Source of the DNA: Isurus oxyrinchus
Taxonomy: Eukaryota
Direction of reading: 5' to 3'
DNA length: 64,000 bases
NCBI GenBank assembly: GCA_026770705.1
Contig: JANJGN010000075.1
Span: 1,488,001 to 1,552,000 of the forward strand
Shown here: piece by piece, positions 62,908 to 64,000 of the stretch
How the letters are laid out: every line of letters begins with the position of its first letter
Position numbering within the stretch: the stretch's first letter is position 1
Program-made: the position numbers and the translations under genes
Notes under the pieces: model-generated
The model's input: only the letters and a program-made list of their open reading frames with translations
Told to the model about the DNA's origin: nothing
The model's database searches: none

Positions 62908-63268
62908 GTGAGACCATTAAGTGTTGCATTTCAATGACATGTGACCAACATAATGATCAGAAGCCAATGTTCAGCCAATTTGTATTCCAGATAAACATTA
63001 TATCCTTTTAATTTGAGAAACGCAGTCTGTAGCTGACATTCTCAATACAAAGGACAGACCAGCAAACAGATACACATAAAGTGACACGTGCACACACTCA
63101 AGGAATCATACCAGAAGGCACGCAGTGATACTGAAGCAGTGACACACTCACAAGCGCTCTGTTTCCCTCTCTCTCACATACGCACTCGATTTCTCTCGCT
63201 CTCTCTATTTCACGCTGTGTGTGCTTTATTAACATATCACACTCATTTAAAATATGCAACACACAACA

Positions 63269-63335
63269 TGGTGATGTTGGGAATCTAAACCGAGACTGCA
63301 TATATGCGAAACGCACCTTCTCCCACTAAGCTCCT
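63269..63335 (-). pseudogene. Degenerate tRNA-Ala(CGC)-like sequence
   Basis: tggtgatgttgggaatctaaaccgagactgcatatatgcgaaac...cccactaagct is colinear with rc tRNA-Ala, with many substitutions. Confidence 0.45.
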
Positions 63336-63449
63336 TGACCGCCTGCACTGATTTGGTCCACTGCACTGTTAAAGCTAATGCAGAGGCGTAGAAAGGAGTT
63401 GGCCCTTCAAGATGTATCTGTCATTGAGTCCCTATTGTGAACCAATTCC

Positions 63450-63930
63450 ATTTTTACCTCTCAGGAGGTCATTAGTCGTTGGAATCATCTTGGCCAGAGA
63501 GTAGTGGATGTTGAACATGCTCAAGGCTGGGTTAGAGATTGTGTGTTATTCAAAGGCAAAGAAGTCGAGGGTTATGTTGGGGTGGGAGAGCGATGGGGCA
63601 GACAGGAAAATGGAGTTGAGAGCACAATCAGAAGAGCCATGTTCATATGGAGTTGCGTGCAAGTTCCAAGCACGAAAGGCCTGCTCTTGCTATTGAACCG
63701 CACCCCCACCCCCACCCCCAGCGTAATTAGGGAAATGAGATAAGAGCAGCAGTGGGCCACTCTGCCCCTCGAACCTGCTGCGCCATTCAGTAGGATAATG
63801 GATGATCCGATTGTAATCTCAACCCCTCATCCCCGCCCACCCCGGACAACCTTTCATCCCCTTGTTAATCCGGTGTTTTATCAATCCCTGGTTTAAAAAC
63901 ATTAAAGACTATACCCTCTGGCCTTTTGAC
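63450..63930. mobile_element. Two CR1 3' tails in opposite orientation
   Basis: Typical tail text (agaagagccatg...ggcctgctcttgct, then gagcagcagtgggccactctgcccctcgaacctgct). Confidence 0.6.
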
Positions 63931-64000
63931 GCCGCTTCCTGTGTGGCCTCTCTCCCGCTGCATGTGCGGGCTCACACGGACTGTGTGCGCGTGCTCCATC

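Noticed and set aside
63440-63480. Possible next cytoplasmic exon after tttttacctctcag
   Set aside because: The sequence is the start of a CR1 3' fragment, and I found no convincing donor or frame

Overview
Vertebrate genomic DNA, most likely a cartilaginous fish (shark), judged from the CR1/HER1-type LINE fragments, HE1-like and Deu-domain SINE sequence and Penelope-type termini. The main feature is one spliced + strand gene (21486 to beyond 62907) for a type I membrane Ig-superfamily receptor. It has a split leader (31-nt exon plus 33-nt mini-exon, ~19.3 kb apart), six 294-nt phase-1 C2-type Ig exons, an uncharged TM exon and a first 28-nt cytoplasmic exon, and it runs off the window. One Ig exon has lost its canonical acceptor, and a seventh is almost entirely deleted. 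The Ig exons are expanding as ~1.5-kb and ~3-kb exon+intron cassettes. The architecture resembles leukocyte-receptor-complex/FcR-like immune receptors. Upstream lie a RUNX/ETS promoter, a long-TIR MITE and a ~1.1-kb tandem array whose units carry IRF-, NF-kB- and extended CTCF-like motifs. The start of the window may hold the 3' end of a neighbouring receptor gene ending in TLYAAVKL*. The introns hold a decayed LTR/retrovirus-like element (integrase plus env-like), Penelope-type insertions including a perfect 206-bp palindrome, and nested segmental duplications. All calls are by eye; no searches were run.
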